Notes: generated by a model not told the origin, from the sequence alone. 64,000 bases of DNA from Squalus acanthias (GCA_030390025.1 CM059432.1:17486001-17550000), one strand, 5' to 3'; numbered from the stretch's first letter, positions 1 to 13,691 are shown. Made by a program: numbers and translations.

Positions 1-340
1 AATTGGCTGCTGCATTTCCTACATTACAACAATGACTACACCTCAAAAAGTACTTCATTGGCTGTAAAACTCTTTGGGATGTCCGGTGGTCATGAAAGGC
101 GCTATATAAATATAGCACCTGTCACGAACACCAGTCGTTGAGTCAAAATCCTGGAACTCCCTCCCTAACAGCACTGTGGGAGCACCTTCACCACACGGAC
201 TGCAGCGGTTCAAGAAGGCGGCTCACCACCACCTTCTCAAGGACAATTAGGGATGGGCAATAAATGCTGGCTTTGCCAGCGACGCCCGCATCCCATAAAC
301 GAATAAAAAAAATAAAAATAAATGCAAGTCTTTCTTTTTA
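1..340 (+). mobile_element. 3' part of a Deu-domain SINE (tail resumes at ~321), interrupted by a LINE 3' end
   Basis: aattggctgc..acattacaac..ggtcatgaaaggcgctatataaat / aatgcaagtctttctttt match the 3' half of the full copy at 22372-22850. Confidence 0.75.
141..320 (+). mobile_element. 3' end of a poly(A)-tailed CR1/Jockey-group LINE
   Basis: Encodes the C-terminus WNSLPNSTVG..LQRFKKAAHHHLLK and has an A-rich tail; same family at 12535, 35270-36075 and 58885. Confidence 0.75.
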
Positions 341-1269
341 TAGATTGCTAGTCCCATCGTTCACTAAGGTCCCGGAACTCCGTTGACCTCGCACTGTTAT
401 CAGCTCCCACTTCCAGCAAGTTACGGTGCAAATTATATTCGAGCTGAAGGGTGCAGAAAAAAGTCTAACTAATGGCACACGTCATGAGATGCGCCGCTCC
501 TGCAAGATTTGGCCCATGGTATTCTCATCCCTTGTGTTATATGTGTGCATAATAGGACTGTGGTCGGCCACTCTCTACGTGGAGCGACGCTCACAGGGAA
601 TGCTGGCTGGGAAATCACGTGCCTGATATTCTGTCCACGAGTTTCAATGCATGGAACATCAGGCACTTCAGGCAACAATGATTTCTCGACTAGCACACCC
701 TGTTTGCACCGCCCCCCCCCACAATTACCCTGACTGCAGAATTGGCCCGGCCCTTGTCTTGTGATGTAGCTACGGTCAACATGATCTGCAGAGCTTGGAA
801 CAGCAAGCAGCTCACACTTTTCATCATCCTGGGCTGAAGTTCGTGCTCCCCTGTATCTATTGATTTTTTTTTTTAACAAGGCTCGGTGTGCACATGTTCA
901 GGATCACTTTAAAGTTCGGGCGCCTTTTGTTCGTTACTCAGATTTTACTAGCCACGGCCAAGGTTCCTTTTGTTTTGGTATGGATTAAAGCGTTTTGGAT
1001 GTTCAAGTGTTCATGCACAATTCCACATACCAGACTTTCCTAAAAAGGAAATTTGAATTTCGCTGTTTAATTTATAGCACTGTGGCAACTTAAACAGTGC
1101 AACTTTCTTGGTCTGTCAGAATCCATCGCCTCTGTTTACAAAGCATCTGTCTGTAATAAAGTTTTCCCAGAATGATAGGGTTGCCACAGTGTGACAGGTA
1201 AGTAGTTCCTATGTTGCAGCAAAAACTAAGTGCTGAGGTTCTGTAAATATAGAGCCATGCAGCCTAGTA

Positions 1270-1960
1270 AAGAAAGAAAGACTTTCATTTATATAGCGCC
1301 TTTCACGACCACCAGACGTCTCAAAGTGCTTTACAGTCAATTAGGAACTTTTGGAGTGTAGTCACTGTTGCAATGTGGGAAACGCGGCAGCCAATTTGCA
1401 CACAGCAAGCTCCCACAAACAGCAATGTGATAACGACCAGACAATCTGTTTTTGTTATGTTGGTTGAGGGATAAATACAGGAAACTCTCTTTTAACCGGC
1501 ACCCAAATATCCGGAAATCTCTCTTAACCGGCAAAATTCTTGAGTAGGTAACCGGGGTTTTCCTTCATCTCTCGTTTAAAATTAACTTTAAAAAAAACCC
1601 CGAGGCGTTTGCCTTGTATCGGAGCGTGTAGATTGGGAGGGGAATGTGCAGCCCGGGTAGGCAGCGGACACGACAGATGGTCAGCTGGCGGTCCCCGGGG
1701 AGACGGAGCTCCGAATGCAGGCGCATGTCAATGTGTACGGGGCTCTCGTATGTTGGGAGATATAACTCTCCGTTATCCGGACTTTTTGATTAACCGGCAC
1801 CACGCCGGTCCCGTCGGTGTCGGTTAATAAAGAGTTTCTTGTATTGGCCAGGACACCGGGGATAACTCCCCCTGCTCTTCTTCGAAATCGTGCCTTGGGA
1901 TCTTTTACATCCACCTGAGAGAGCAGACAGGGCCTCGGTTTAACATCTCATCCGAAAGAC
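1270..1960 (-). mobile_element. Deu-domain SINE, split by a TA-target MITE
   Basis: Reverse complement of the 22372 SINE; gggataaata|ttggccagg rejoins across 1478-1841. Confidence 0.8.
1478..1841. mobile_element. Tc1/mariner (Tigger/pogo-like) MITE
   Basis: 25-bp imperfect TIRs (caggaaactctcttttaaccggcac / gtgtcggttaataaagagtttcttg) with TA duplicated at 1476-77 and 1842-43. Confidence 0.8.
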
Positions 1961-3321
1961 GTAGGTAAATCTATCACTGTTTGCGGTGTCAAGCCCCTAA
2001 AGACCAGACCCATAAATCCCAGCCTGTGCTAAGTTTGTTAATATCAGCCAAGGCAGCAGTTGGAGGCTACAATTGAGTTTCCGCCGGGGGGCAAACCCTG
2101 TAAAATTCTTCCTCAGTATCAAGGTTCATTCATGAAGAATGGCCACTTGAATGATGTGCTGGAGGGCGGCTGGCGCTTGTGCAGCGTAACTCCAGAAGAA
2201 GTCAGCACTTTCCAGGGATAATGGGGTAGAGGTTCACCGGCACCCAGATTTGGTCTGTTGTGGAGTCGGGGGGGGGGGGGGGGGGGAGGTGGGGGGAGCA
2301 CTTCTGCTTCTCTTGGCTCCACAGGAACAGATTTTCAACAACAACAAAAAACGTAGCTTTTGGTGGCTGTTGCTGCTTAGGCCGCAGCAATCACTGAAGA
2401 ATCTTGAACGGGGTAGGCCTAGAGAGGCATCCAATTTCACAGAGGGGGCCTAAAACAGGTGATAAGGCATTCATTTACATATGTAAGGGGCCTAACACTT
2501 GTTTTCGGCAGGGTGTCTATCGTCAGCCAATGAGTTGGGGTTGGGGGGCGGGACTTACGGCAGGACTCACAGCAATCAGTGTATTTTACAGCAAACAGAA
2601 TCTATTTACTCAGCAAAAAGAGTCTGTTTAAACAGCGCACTCCAGCAAACAGTCTACAGAGTCTACTTAAAAAGAGTCTGTACGAATTAGAGAAAACAGA
2701 ACTCATGAGCGAAACTGCAGCTACATTGCCTGATAAAAGCCGAATGCAGTGAGTGGAGGATAGTTACTTGCAAATTATGTGCGTAAAATCAATCCCAGTC
2801 ACTTACAGCGGTACGGTTTCCAGGCATGATTGACGAGGGAATTACCCAATCATCTCCATTCTGACCGGGAATATTGGCGTCACTATATGCCGCTTGTTTT
2901 AGGTGGCTGCCAGGGACGCCTGAAAAATAGCCCAATTTAATATCGGGTAGGAGGTCTTTCAGGCATCCTTGGAGTGCAAGACGTTGGTCCCCGAAATTGG
3001 TCCTTGTTGTGCCCATTTTATGCCCGTGAAACGGGAGGAACAAGGTCCATTTTCTACCCGACAGGAAAGAAATTAGTGGGGGGATAAACTACATATTAAA
3101 AAAGAGAAATTTTATGAAAGAGGAACTGTGCAGTTCTGTTATTTCAAGATACAGTAAAACTCAGATAGAACGACATTGATTTAAAGCTCAATTTGCAAAA
3201 ATAAACACAAATTAAAAAATACTGTTTGATTCCCCAATAAAATAGATTTAAAATAAACGCTTGAGATTGTAACTCAATGTGCTTGCCTTAAGCTTGCAGA
3301 TGTGTTACATAAATTATAGTG

Positions 3322-3460
3322 TGTCAGCGTGGCTCAGTTGGCACTTCTGACTCTGAGTCAGAAGGTTGTGAGTTTAAGCCCTACTCCTGGGCGATTATTT
3401 AGGCTAGCATTTCAGTCCAACACTGAGCAAATGCTGTATTGTCAGAGGTGCGACCTTTGC
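3322..3460 (+). mobile_element. 5' fragment of tRNA-headed SINE
   Basis: A box tggctcagttgg and degenerate B box gtttaagcc; matches the head of the 22372 copy. Confidence 0.65.
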
Positions 3461-3639
3461 CTGGGGGGGCGGAGCAGGGCGGGTGGGGGGCGGGGGGGTG
3501 GGGTGGTTGCCGGGGCAGTGGGTGGCTGGGGGGCATGTGAAGTTACATTTTACTAGACAATGATACTAAATACTACTTCCTTAATCTGGTATCAAATCCG
3601 CACATGTACGATCGTGAAAAGGCATGTTTGCAATAGTTA

Positions 3640-3664
3640 ATATATATATATATATATATATATA
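3640..3664. repeat. (TA)n microsatellite
   Basis: Directly visible. Confidence 0.95.
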
Positions 3665-3699
3665 GTTGACAAATTGGATTAAGACAACTCTAATCCCAG

Positions 3700-5280
3700 A
3701 CAGCAGACTCATTTTCTCAACAGCCAAGCCTCTTCTCCAACCCCTATCCTCATTCCCTCCATAGTAACCTCCAAAGGAAAGTGTGACAAGCTTCCAGATT
3801 CTTTTGTATCAAAGATTGAGACTATCCTTGCAGTTGTTGCCATCACCTACTCCTCCCACAAGTCCCTGTCCCTGACCCAGGCTAGCCTCAACCCAATATT
3901 GTTCTTCAACTGCTCCCCAATCTGCCCCTCAGCCCTCAGTTCTTTCATCAGCCTGATCTTCTGACTCTCGGAGTCACCAATCCAACTCCTGACCACGTAA
4001 TTTCCGCTGCTTGTCCTAATGATTGTCAACATCATAAATGGCTCCCTTAGCATGACTGAAAATTGATGTCATCGCCCCACTCCTTGAAACGCTAACCCTC
4101 GATCCCATGCTATCCAATGACTGCCCCATATCTAACCTAATTTTCCTCTCCGACGTCCTTGTTATTGTCATATGTGTGCTCAGTTCTCCAAAACTCCTTT
4201 TTGAATCTCTTCAAAACTGCCCACACCGTTCTCGCAAAGTCAGCAATGACTACGACTGTGGCACGTTATCCCTCCTTGTCCTCCTTAGCTTCCCCAGCAT
4301 TCAACGTCAATTACTGAATCCTCTTCCACCACCTCTCTTTCATCGTCTACTGCCCTTATTTGGTTCCATTGCTACCTGTCCCAACATAGCTCCCATATCG
4401 CTAGCAATGTCTGCGCCTCCCATACCTGCATGGCGACTTCTGGAGTATCCCAGATTCCATCAATGACACCCTACTTTTCCTCATATACATGCTTCCCCTT
4501 GGAAATGTTATCCGCAGGCATGGGGTCTACATCCTGCTTTACCTTGCCACCATCATATTTACTTTCATGACGTCCCTACTTTCTCAGACTGCTGTTCTGA
4601 CAGTAAGTATTGAATAAGCCAAAACACTCTCCAACTGAACATTGGTAAAACCAAATCTATATTATTCAACTTCCACCAAAAGCTCCATACCCTGGTCACT
4701 TAACACTATCCAGGATCAGGCTACGCTACACAGTGTGTAATTTTGGTGTCCTATTCAACTAAGAGCTGAGCTTCAAATCCATATCTGATCCATCACCAAG
4801 ACCACTTGCTTCCACTTCCACAGCATTCCATGTCTTCAGTTCTACTTCACCCCACCGCTCCAGAAGGTCTCAACCACGCTTTTGTTACCTCAAGACTTGA
4901 CTACTCTAATGCTCATCTCATAGGTCTCGGGAGATCCACCTGTCACGATCTCTAACTTGTCCAAAAGTCTTCTATCCACATCTGATTCTGCATCAAGTTC
5001 CACTCACCAATCACCTCTGTTCTCAATGATCTCCTTTGGTTCCCTGCCCTCCAACACACTGAAATCAAAATCTTTATCATTGTTTACAAATCTCTTTGTG
5101 GCTTCATCCCACTCTTTCTTTCAGCCTCATGTCCCGATACGTGCCCTTCAGTCCTCCAACTCTGGACTCTTGTGTAACCCCTGCTGCTGCACCTCCATTG
5201 GTAGCAGAGTCTTCAGTCACCTTGGTTCCACACTTTGAAAATTCCTCTCTAAACCTATTTGCCTTGCTATTGCTTTCCTT
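3700..5280 (+). mobile_element. Old, degraded L2-clade LINE ORF2 and 3' region
   Basis: Decayed matches to L2-type motifs (tttgttacctcaagacttgactactctaatgct = FVTSRLDYSNA); many stops and frameshifts. Confidence 0.65.
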
Positions 5281-6144
5281 GTTGAATAATGTATGGAAAT
5301 GATAGGATAATGATGAGAATATGTCATCTCATGAATTTATGTGAATTGCTAAGCAATCAGAGTGGAGGCTTTAAAGTTTTAAATGCTGCCTTGCCCAATG
5401 CGAAATATGGGCAGGTGTATTCAATGACGGCCATTGCTTCCAGCACAGAAAGTACTGTCAGAAGCTGGGGAGCTGATGGAACAGCTCCCACTTGCTCAGA
5501 AACTGTCTCATATCTGGAGCAAATCATTAGAAAACTTAGCCCAGTATCATTCTGTTTGAATACGGCCTGGCTCCTCCCCTCAGACTATCTGCTCGGAGAC
5601 CTAAGCGAACTTGCAAACCTTTTGTTAGGTTAGTCTGGGGACCTGATTTTCAATGTGACTGAGTGGCAGGTAAGACTACCAAACTAAAACTAGTGGTAAG
5701 TAAGGGAGTCACCCCTCCCTCACCCCAAGACAAAAATCTATATGAATGTTAAGAAGGCCATTTAATCAGGCTAGGAGTCCTTTGGCTAGAATTGGGCGAG
5801 GTGTAAAATGGGCTGCCGATTCGCTATCACCTGTTTTTTGCCCGGCGTTATCAGTTAAGGTGACCCCATTCTGTTTAGAATGGCAGAAATCCAATGAAAC
5901 ACACTAACCCTAGCGTCTGTAACATTTATCGACCAGTAGGTGCAACTACACAGTGGTGTAGATTTTTTGAGGTCCCATGTAACCAGCTGCCCGTGATTTC
6001 CTGATATGTGCTGGTTGAATACAAGGCCCATGATCTCACAAAACTCACTCTCTTGCATCCATGTGTGTTCCTGAAAATACCGTGTGAGTAAATTGTACAA
6101 TACACCAACATAGACCTAAGTAGAACATTTTGAAACAAATGCAT

Positions 6145-6795
6145 AGGCGTTCAGGCGAGTAGCACAGATGCAGTTAAGGGAAGCTAGATGAGTACATGAG
6201 GGCGAAAGGAACAGAAGGTTATGCTGACAGCTTTAGATGAAGAAGGATGGGACGAGGACCGTGTGGAGCATAAACACCGGCATAGACCAGTTGCGCCGAA
6301 TGGCCCATTTCTGTGCTGTAAATTCCATGTAATTCTATGTAAAGTTAAAACAAAATTTATTAACAGAAATGATTTTTCAGTATTAAAATTAAAATAAGAT
6401 AGTTGCATTTACCAGTTGAGCTACAGTAATATCATGCCAATAAAATCTAACAGCCGATTTCTCCCTTGTCTGACCGTCCCATCTTCTCATTTTTATTGTC
6501 TCCACTACGGAATTCAGGAGAAACTTCTCCAGTAAGGAATTCAGGAGAGACCTCTTTACCCAGAGAGTGGTTAGAATGTGGAGCACACTACCACAGGGAG
6601 TAGTTGAGGCGAAGAGCATAGATGCATTTAAGGGGAAGCTAGATAAACACATGAGGGAGAAAGGAATAGAAGGGTATGTTGATGGGGCTAGATGAAAAAG
6701 GGTGAAAGGAGTCTCGTGTGGAGCATAAACACCGGCATGGACCTGTTGGGCAGAATTGTCTGTTTCTGTGCTGTAAATGCTTTGGAATACCTTAT
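6145..6795 (+). mobile_element. Two short CR1 3'-end fragments (~6145-6340, ~6535-6795)
   Basis: CR1 C-terminal coding (RDLFTQRVVRMW..), 3' inverted repeat and short-repeat tail. Confidence 0.7.
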
Positions 6796-7323
6796 AATTG
6801 TATGTTGAAACTTGCTGTAACTGTTCAAATGCAGCAGTCAGTGCAGTCCTAATGCTAAAGCCAGTACAAATGAATGGGTTGATTAAACTAAGGGAGTAAT
6901 CCAATTGACTGAGCAAATGGGCACTAATGTGTAATGAAAATCAGCACATCTAAAGTGACCATTATCTGCTTATAATCATATTGAATGACCCACCAAGTGT
7001 CATGCTGGTATAGCAGGCTTTAAGTTGACTGAAGCATTTGTCCACTTTTTGCGCTTTAATTAGCTTTCTTCTCCATTTCCCACATAAGACACAGTGGAAT
7101 ATCTCTTCCGACTATAATAGTACACAGACTGTGGGAATGTAAGAGTGCTGTTGCAACCTCAGTAGAATGGGTGCTCCAGATTAGTTGGCAGTGATGTGCT
7201 GATCTCTCAATGTGTATATAAATGCATGGTGAGATTCTCCCTGTATATTAATATACTCAAGGCAGCCTCTTAAGTCTGCTGACATTGCAGGAAACTATGA
7301 CAGTATAAATGTAAAGAGGAAAC

Positions 7324-8087
7324 GGGCCAAAAATTCGGCCCTTCCTGGGTGAGTACACAGTCCGTACTCACCCGTAATGCATCCCGAAGTGCCGGTTTCC
7401 TGCATGCACTGCATATGCGCGGGAAACCGGAACTTCCGGTATGGTGAAGGGGGCGGTTCCTAGGTGAACCGCGTGCGCGGTAGAGGCTGCGCGCACGCAG
7501 CAAACTTAGATTTTTTTTCAGGTTTCTACGCGAGGGTAAGTATTGAAGAAACTACGCTATTAAAAAGGAGGCGCAGGACCCGTTTTCAACAAGGTAAGTG
7601 GTTAATTAAGTATAATTAAAAAAAAATTTCAACAGGTTTATCTTTTTTAGATACTTTAAAGAAAGGTAAGTTATTTTTATCACTTTTAAAAAGTATTTAA
7701 ATTTTTTCAAAAATTTTAATTTTTGTTTAAAGTGGTTAATTTATTTAACTATAGTTATTTTATAAATGTGATGATTTTTAAAAAAAAATTATTTTAAGTT
7801 TAGCTGTTCTTTTGGGGCCGATTTCAATTCACAGATTTGACAGGTCTCCTGTCAAATCTATGAACGAAAGATGGTCTGCTGCCATTGGCTCTCCATGGCC
7901 CACGTGATCCCAGGGGACGCATCGCACTAACTACGCCCCTGGGAAACGCAAGCACTGCGCGCCGGCTCTTGGAGCAGGACCAGGAGCTGAAGTTCCCGTG
8001 GGCCCAAAACACAACGGCAGGCGCGGTAGGTAAGAGCGCGCGCGATCCTTACCCCCGCGGCAAGCCGGAGAGGCGAATTTCTGGGCC
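7324..8087. mobile_element. Harbinger-type MITE (GC-rich arms, AT-rich core)
   Basis: TIRs gggccaaaaattc / gaatttctgggcc; 3-bp TSD AAC (7321-23, 8088-90); inverted relative of 18534-19273. Confidence 0.85.
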
Positions 8088-9006
8088 AACATCTTTTGTT
8101 TTTAAATTGCTTAGACTTTGTTAATCCCTGTGATTAATTGGGGCAAAGTTTCTAGGGAGGTTTTTGGCCTAATTTAAAAATGATTTCCCATCTTTTTCAT
8201 GTTTCCTCCTGTAATGTACCCAATTCCCAATTGAGCGGACAGTTGATCTGCTACCAGTGATTTGCTAATGCTGTCCTTGAGCTGGCTGCTGTGGGGTGTG
8301 CAAGGATTGTCTAGGGCAACCCACCTACAGATTTTACCCTCTCTCTATCAGTGAGGAACCACTTGATCAACTCACAGGTACGATCAGAGCAAGACCATTC
8401 CATGCTATATTGTTGGACCACCAAGATAAACCACCTGTAGAGAAATACCACTTGTCTATATTGACTATTTAAATGTTACAATATCTCCCTCTGTCTATAG
8501 ATCATTTAAATTCTATTAATGTGTTAATTGTTCAAACCTGAAGGAAACTTTCAATGTTTAAAAATCTCACATGTTGCAAGCTATTCGTGTCTCTACACAG
8601 CTGTTGCTCTCCATTCCAGCTTCTTCAGGGCCACATATTATGGCATGCTCAGCAATAAAAATAAGGGAACAACTAATACTGGCTATTTTTATTTTATACG
8701 TCTCACTCTACATATCAGCAATTTATTTTCACTGAACAGAAGAGGGGAAAATTCTTAACCAGAGCGAACTTACTCTTGACTCTCTTTGAGACTCATTCAG
8801 AATGAGCCGTGCCATTAGTACCCTCTTTTAAAAATAAGAACATAAGAATTAGTTGCAGGAGTAGGCCATATGGTCCCTCGAGCCTGCTCCACCATTCAAT
8901 AAGATCATGGCTGATCATCGACCTCAACACCACTTTCCTGCCCTATCCCCATATCCCTTGATTCCCCCTAGAGTCCAAAAATCTATCAATCTCAACCTTG
9001 AATATA

Positions 9007-9611
9007 GCATGGTACATCGGCGAGACCATGCAGACACTGAGACAACGTATGAACGGACACCGCGCAACAATCGCCAGGCAGGAGGGTTGCCTCCCAGTCG
9101 GGGAACACTTCAGCAGTCAAGGGCATTCAGCCTCGGATCTGCGGGTTAGCGTTCTCCAAGGCGGCCTTCGGGATACACGACAACGCAAAATCATCGAGCA
9201 GAAACTGATAGCCAAGTTCCGCACTCATGAGTACGGCCTCAATCGGTATATCGGGTTCATGTCACGCTACAGAACGTGACTTGACATCGTTGCCGGTCTT
9301 TCCAGCTTTTTAAAAAACAAACACAAGAAACAAACACAAGAAACAAACCCAAATGGAGAGGATATGCAGCCAGCAGGTGTTTTGACACGTTGGACCCCCT
9401 GGGACACATCTCATTGTCTTGGCTGTGCTCTTAGTATGTCTTTGATGTAGGGATAGATTGAATCTCTGCATTTTCTCTGTGTTTATATTCTGTGAATTCT
9501 GGTAGATTGTCTCACAGTAACTCTACCTGAGGAAGGGGCGACAGCTCCGAAAGCTTGTAATTTTAAATAAATCTGTTGGACTATAACCTGGTGTTGTGCG
9601 ACTTCTCATTT
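9007..9611 (+). mobile_element. Penelope-like element 3' fragment with GIY-YIG endonuclease C-terminus
   Basis: ORF YIGETMQTLRQRMNGHR..PVGEHF..H..EQKLIAKF..GLN; 9-bp TSD ttgaatata (8998-9006, 9612-9620). Confidence 0.85.
9520..9562 (+). ncRNA. Minimal hammerhead ribozyme motif (Penelope 3' repeat)
   Basis: CTGAGGA-a-ggggc-gaca-gctcc-GAAA-gctt with palindromic AAGCTT. Confidence 0.6.
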
Positions 9612-9915
9612 TTGAATATATTCAACGACTGAGCATCCACAGCCCTTTGGGGCAGGGAATTCCAAAGATTCACAACCCTCTGAGTGAAGAAGTTCCTCCT
9701 CATCTCAGTCTTAACCTGAGACTATGCCCCCTAGTTCTAGACTCTCCAGCCAGGGGAAACAATCTCTCAGCATCTATCCTGTCAATTCCCCTCAGAATCT
9801 TATATGTTTCAATGAGATCTCCTCTCATTCTTCTAAATTCTAAAGAGTATAGGCCTAATCTACTCAATCTCTCCTCATAGGACAATCCCCCCCCATCCCT
9901 TGGATCAGTCTAGTG

Positions 9916-10427
9916 CCCGATTACTCGGCTGCCCGTATCCTAACTCGCACCAAGTCCCGTTCGCCCATCACCCCTGTGCTCGCTGACCTACATTGGCTCC
10001 CGGTTAAGCAGCGCCTCGATTTCAAAATTCTCATCCTTGTTTTCAAATCCCTCCATGGCCTTACCCCTTCCTATCTCTGTAATCTCCTTCAGCCCCACAA
10101 CCCCCTGAGATAGCTGCACTCCTCTAATTCTGCCCTCTTGAGCATCCCTGATTATAATCGCTCAACCATTGGTGACCGTGCCTTCTGTTGCCTAGGCCCT
10201 AAGCTCTGGAATTCCCTCCCTAAACCTCTCCACCTCGCTACCTCTCTTTCCTCCTTTAAGACGCTCCTTAAAACCTACCTCTTTGACTGAGCTTTTGGTC
10301 ACCTGCCCTAATTTATCCTTATGTGGATCGGTGTCAAATTTGTTGTCTTAAAATACTCCTGTGCCGCGCCTTGGGACGTTTTACTGCGTTAAAGGCGCTA
10401 TAGAAATACAAGTTGTTGGTGTTGTTG
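9916..10427 (+). mobile_element. L2-clade LINE 3' end
   Basis: SPITPVLADLHWLPVKQRLDFKIL; (ttg)n tail; TSD tagtg (9911-15, 10428-32). Confidence 0.85.
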
Positions 10428-10809
10428 TAGTGAACCTTCGTTGAACCTTCGTTGATATTTTAAGATTACTTCTAACTTATTTTTGTTTGTTTGTGTCTAT
10501 TCTGTGTTTTTTCAAGACAAGTGCAGTTGGATATTGTTGAGAGGAAGTTAAAGAGATCAACAATGTGAAGGGGATGAAGTAAGATACACAGCTGTAGGTC
10601 ACGGTCACTTGGAAATGGTTGGAGGCTATCCGCAATCATGGCTAACAGAGAGGAAGCTTTCACCCAATTAGCCAGGGATGAATTAAAACCCAGGGCCCAA
10701 AGGCAAAAGGACGAGTGCTAACTCAATGCCCCAACCAGTCCTTTTGGCATAATTGGATTGAATTGTGTGCATGACTTTAAGATGACAACAACACAAGCTA
10801 AATTTAATT

Positions 10810-12130
10810 GGCCCAGATTTTCCTGGGAACTTGCACCAAGGTCCCTGCAGGACGCATCCTCCAGCTTCGTCACTTGCCAGGCCCCCTGACGCAACCCATC
10901 CCCGTGATCTCTTCCTCGACTGGGGAAGAGGATGTTAATGGAGGCACTCATTCCTCGTGTACCTCTCTCGAAGGGCCAAATGGCCTACTGCTGCTCCTAT
11001 TTCATATCTCCTCACCTGCTTCCTGTTACCAGAAAGAAGGGAAAGTGTTAGTGGTAGCCTAGTGAGATGCTTTGAGGATGCTCATGTCAAGGTCGAATAG
11101 CAGTGCTGGTGTGTGAAGGGTAGCAGAGGTGTGAGGAGGTGAGGGGGGTAATAGTGAGGAGTGTGGCAGGTGCTGAGTGTGACATTAGGAGCAGAAGGAG
11201 GTGGAGTAATGCGTGATGCAGTGAATGGAGGAGAGTGCTGGTAATTGGGGGAGTGAAGGGTTGTGAGTGCTGGGGTTTCAGGTAGTGCAGGGATAAGCAG
11301 AGAGTAATGTGAGATCTGAGTTACGGATCTTACCTTATAAGAACATAAGAAATAGGAGCAGGAGTAGGCCATTTGGCCCTTCGAGCCTGCTCCGCCATTC
11401 AATGAGATCATGGCTGATCTTCTGCCTCAACTCCATTCACCGGCCCTATCGCCATATCCCTTGATGCCCTTACTAGTCAGAAATCTATCGACTTCTGTTT
11501 TGAATATACCCAATGACTGAGCCTCCACAGCCCTCTGGGGTAGAGAATTCCAAAGATTCACCATCCTCTGTGAAGAAATTTCTTCTCATCTCAGTCCTGA
11601 ATGGCCTACCCTTTATCCTGAGGCTGTGGCCCCTGGTTCTAGACTCCCCAGCTAAGGGAAACATTCTCCCAGCATCCATCCTATCAAGCCCTGTAATAAT
11701 TTTGTATGCTTCAATGAGATCTCCTCTCATTCTTCTGAATTCAAGAGAATACAGGCCTAGTTTACTCAATCTCTTCTCATACGACAGTCCCGCCATCCTA
11801 GGAATCAATCTCGTGAACCTTCGTTGCACCACCTTGGCAACCCTGGTCAGGTCATTAAAATTCTTGCACCATTGCAGCCAGGTCCATGGGGTGATGCTCA
11901 TGGCACTGACCCACTCTGTCACTGCAGCTGAGCAGTTTGACTTGAGACCTTCTGAACACCCGGTGGAAAGAGGATGTCCCTCCTCCTGCCCACCTCCTCT
12001 ACCATCACCTCCAATGCAGCATCCGAAAACCGGAGGCAACCTTCCAGTCTCCCCTCGGCCTGTCATTTCTGCAAGTTGCCTGCAGCCACAGTGCAACTCC
12101 CCTTTAAGAGGTGCAAGCTGCATTGTTTTG
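10810..12130 (-). pseudogene. Relic Harbinger Myb/SANT gene (frameshifted, CR1-interrupted)
   Basis: Minus-strand frames give FSDAALEVMVEEVGRRRDILFP and QWCKNFNDLTRVAK, homologous to exon 1 at 44080-44316; left boundary uncertain. Confidence 0.7.
11337..11830 (-). mobile_element. 5'-truncated CR1
   Basis: CR1 ORF2 C-terminus plus tail; TSD acctt (11332-36, 11831-35). Confidence 0.85.
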
Positions 12131-12534
12131 AGACGTCTTTTTAAGGTGGGGAGAGGTAGCAAGGTGAATTCAGAGTGCAGGGCCATGATGGCTAAATGCT
12201 TTGCCACTAATGGTGCAGAGGAGGACGGTGGAATGAGTGTGAGCTGGGGAATAGGGCTAGGGGAGGTTGCATAGATTGAATAGATTGAATAAGGTGAATC
12301 TGTGGAGAATTTTGTAAATGAGAACAAAGACTTTGGAAGGCAGTGAAGGCCGACAAGGATTGCTTTCATATGTTCTCGTGACTTCTCCTGTCATGACACC
12401 AAAGCCAGATCTTTCACTTCTTGTTGTATCAGGAATCTATATTTGTGTCTACGTTCAATTGGCTAAATGATGGTCAGTTTTATGTTTTACATAGAATTAA
12501 CAGCACAGAAACAGGATATCTTGCCTGTTCTATG

Positions 12535-12750
12535 CGGTGACTTAGAAGTATATCGCCGTTCCTTCACCGTCGCCGGGTTAAAATCCTGGAACTCACTCCC
12601 GAAAAGCACTGTGGGAGTACCTCCACCACACGGACTGCAGCGGTTCAAGAAGGCGGCTCACCACCACCTTCTCGAGGGCAATTAGGGATGGGCAATAAAT
12701 GCTGGCTTTGCCAGCGATGCCCACATCTCGCGAATGAATAAAAAAAACAC
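12535..12750 (+). mobile_element. Poly(A)-tailed LINE 3' end
   Basis: RRSFTVAGLKSWNSLP..RFKKAAHHHLLEGN followed by an A tail. Confidence 0.75.
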
Positions 12751-13691
12751 TTTTGTTGCTGATACCTCTTCAATTGGATCTAACTAATCTCATCCTGTTT
12801 ACCATTGCCGTTTTATAATCTGACTTTTCCAGTTCTCTTTTAGCTGAATGATGGCTATCAAGGGAAAAGTTCTGGTCAGGAGGTGCAGGGGAGATGTTGA
12901 AGCTGAAGGGATAAATATAATATATATAATGGATTACAAAGAACGATATCCAGAGCTCTGGACGTTACAGTTAATAATAAAGGATGGGTAACGCTATTTC
13001 ATTTTTATTTAGCACCCAGAGGGTTAAGACATCTTTGTCTTTAAAAAAACAAGTTTTATTAATCGTTTTAAACTGTGCAAAACTTTTAAAAAGTTTTAAA
13101 ACATTTTTTAGAAATTGTTAAGAGAAGTTCTGCCAAGTGTAAAAGTTGGGAATATTTCCCAAACCATTTGTCAGGCTTAAACTTTAGCAGGTCATTAACC
13201 TTTAGGCAGTGAATTTCTAAAATAATAAAATAATTGTTAACAAACACTGCTCAGGTTAACCCTGTACGTGCTTATTGAATGCTGGAAAATTTTGCTTTCC
13301 TATAGTTTCCCAGTTTAGTTGTTTTCTTTCCTTCCCCACCCCATTTAGATTCCCACAGTACCACATACTCTTCCATCTGGTCCTAAGGACGCTGATCCCA
13401 TACCACTGCCTTTTGCAGTTAATTAGTTGCTAGGAAGCACTTTAAAGAGTTGGGGACTCACCCTTTGGATTTTCCTTCCTATCAGTGGCTAATGCCTCAC
13501 CATTGCTTCCTCAGGAGGCCCTGTTGCCGAGAACAATTTCTCTTTATTTGGGGAGTTATGGGTGAGGGCTCCCATCTTCCAAAAATGATATAAGACTAGA
13601 AAAGACCATTGATGATAATAGTGGGCAAACTCAACTCCTTCATATGACATTCTAACATTTGCCAGTTAGTCAATGCCTCTGCTAAAATATT

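Larger units (their letters stand above)
8833..10454 (-). mobile_element. 5'-truncated CR1 3' end, interrupted by Penelope (9007-9611) and L2 (9916-10427) insertions
   Basis: SYEERLSRLGLYSLEFRRMRGDLIE motif and (ttcttatg)n tail; sequence rejoins across both inserts. Confidence 0.85.

Noticed and set aside
340..1260. Short overlapping ORFs in unique sequence
   Set aside because: No recognisable domain or convincing exon structure.
11485..12369. 294-aa ORF (and its 253-aa antisense ORF) as a real gene
   Set aside because: Chance fusion of a frameshifted Myb relic and a CR1 fragment.
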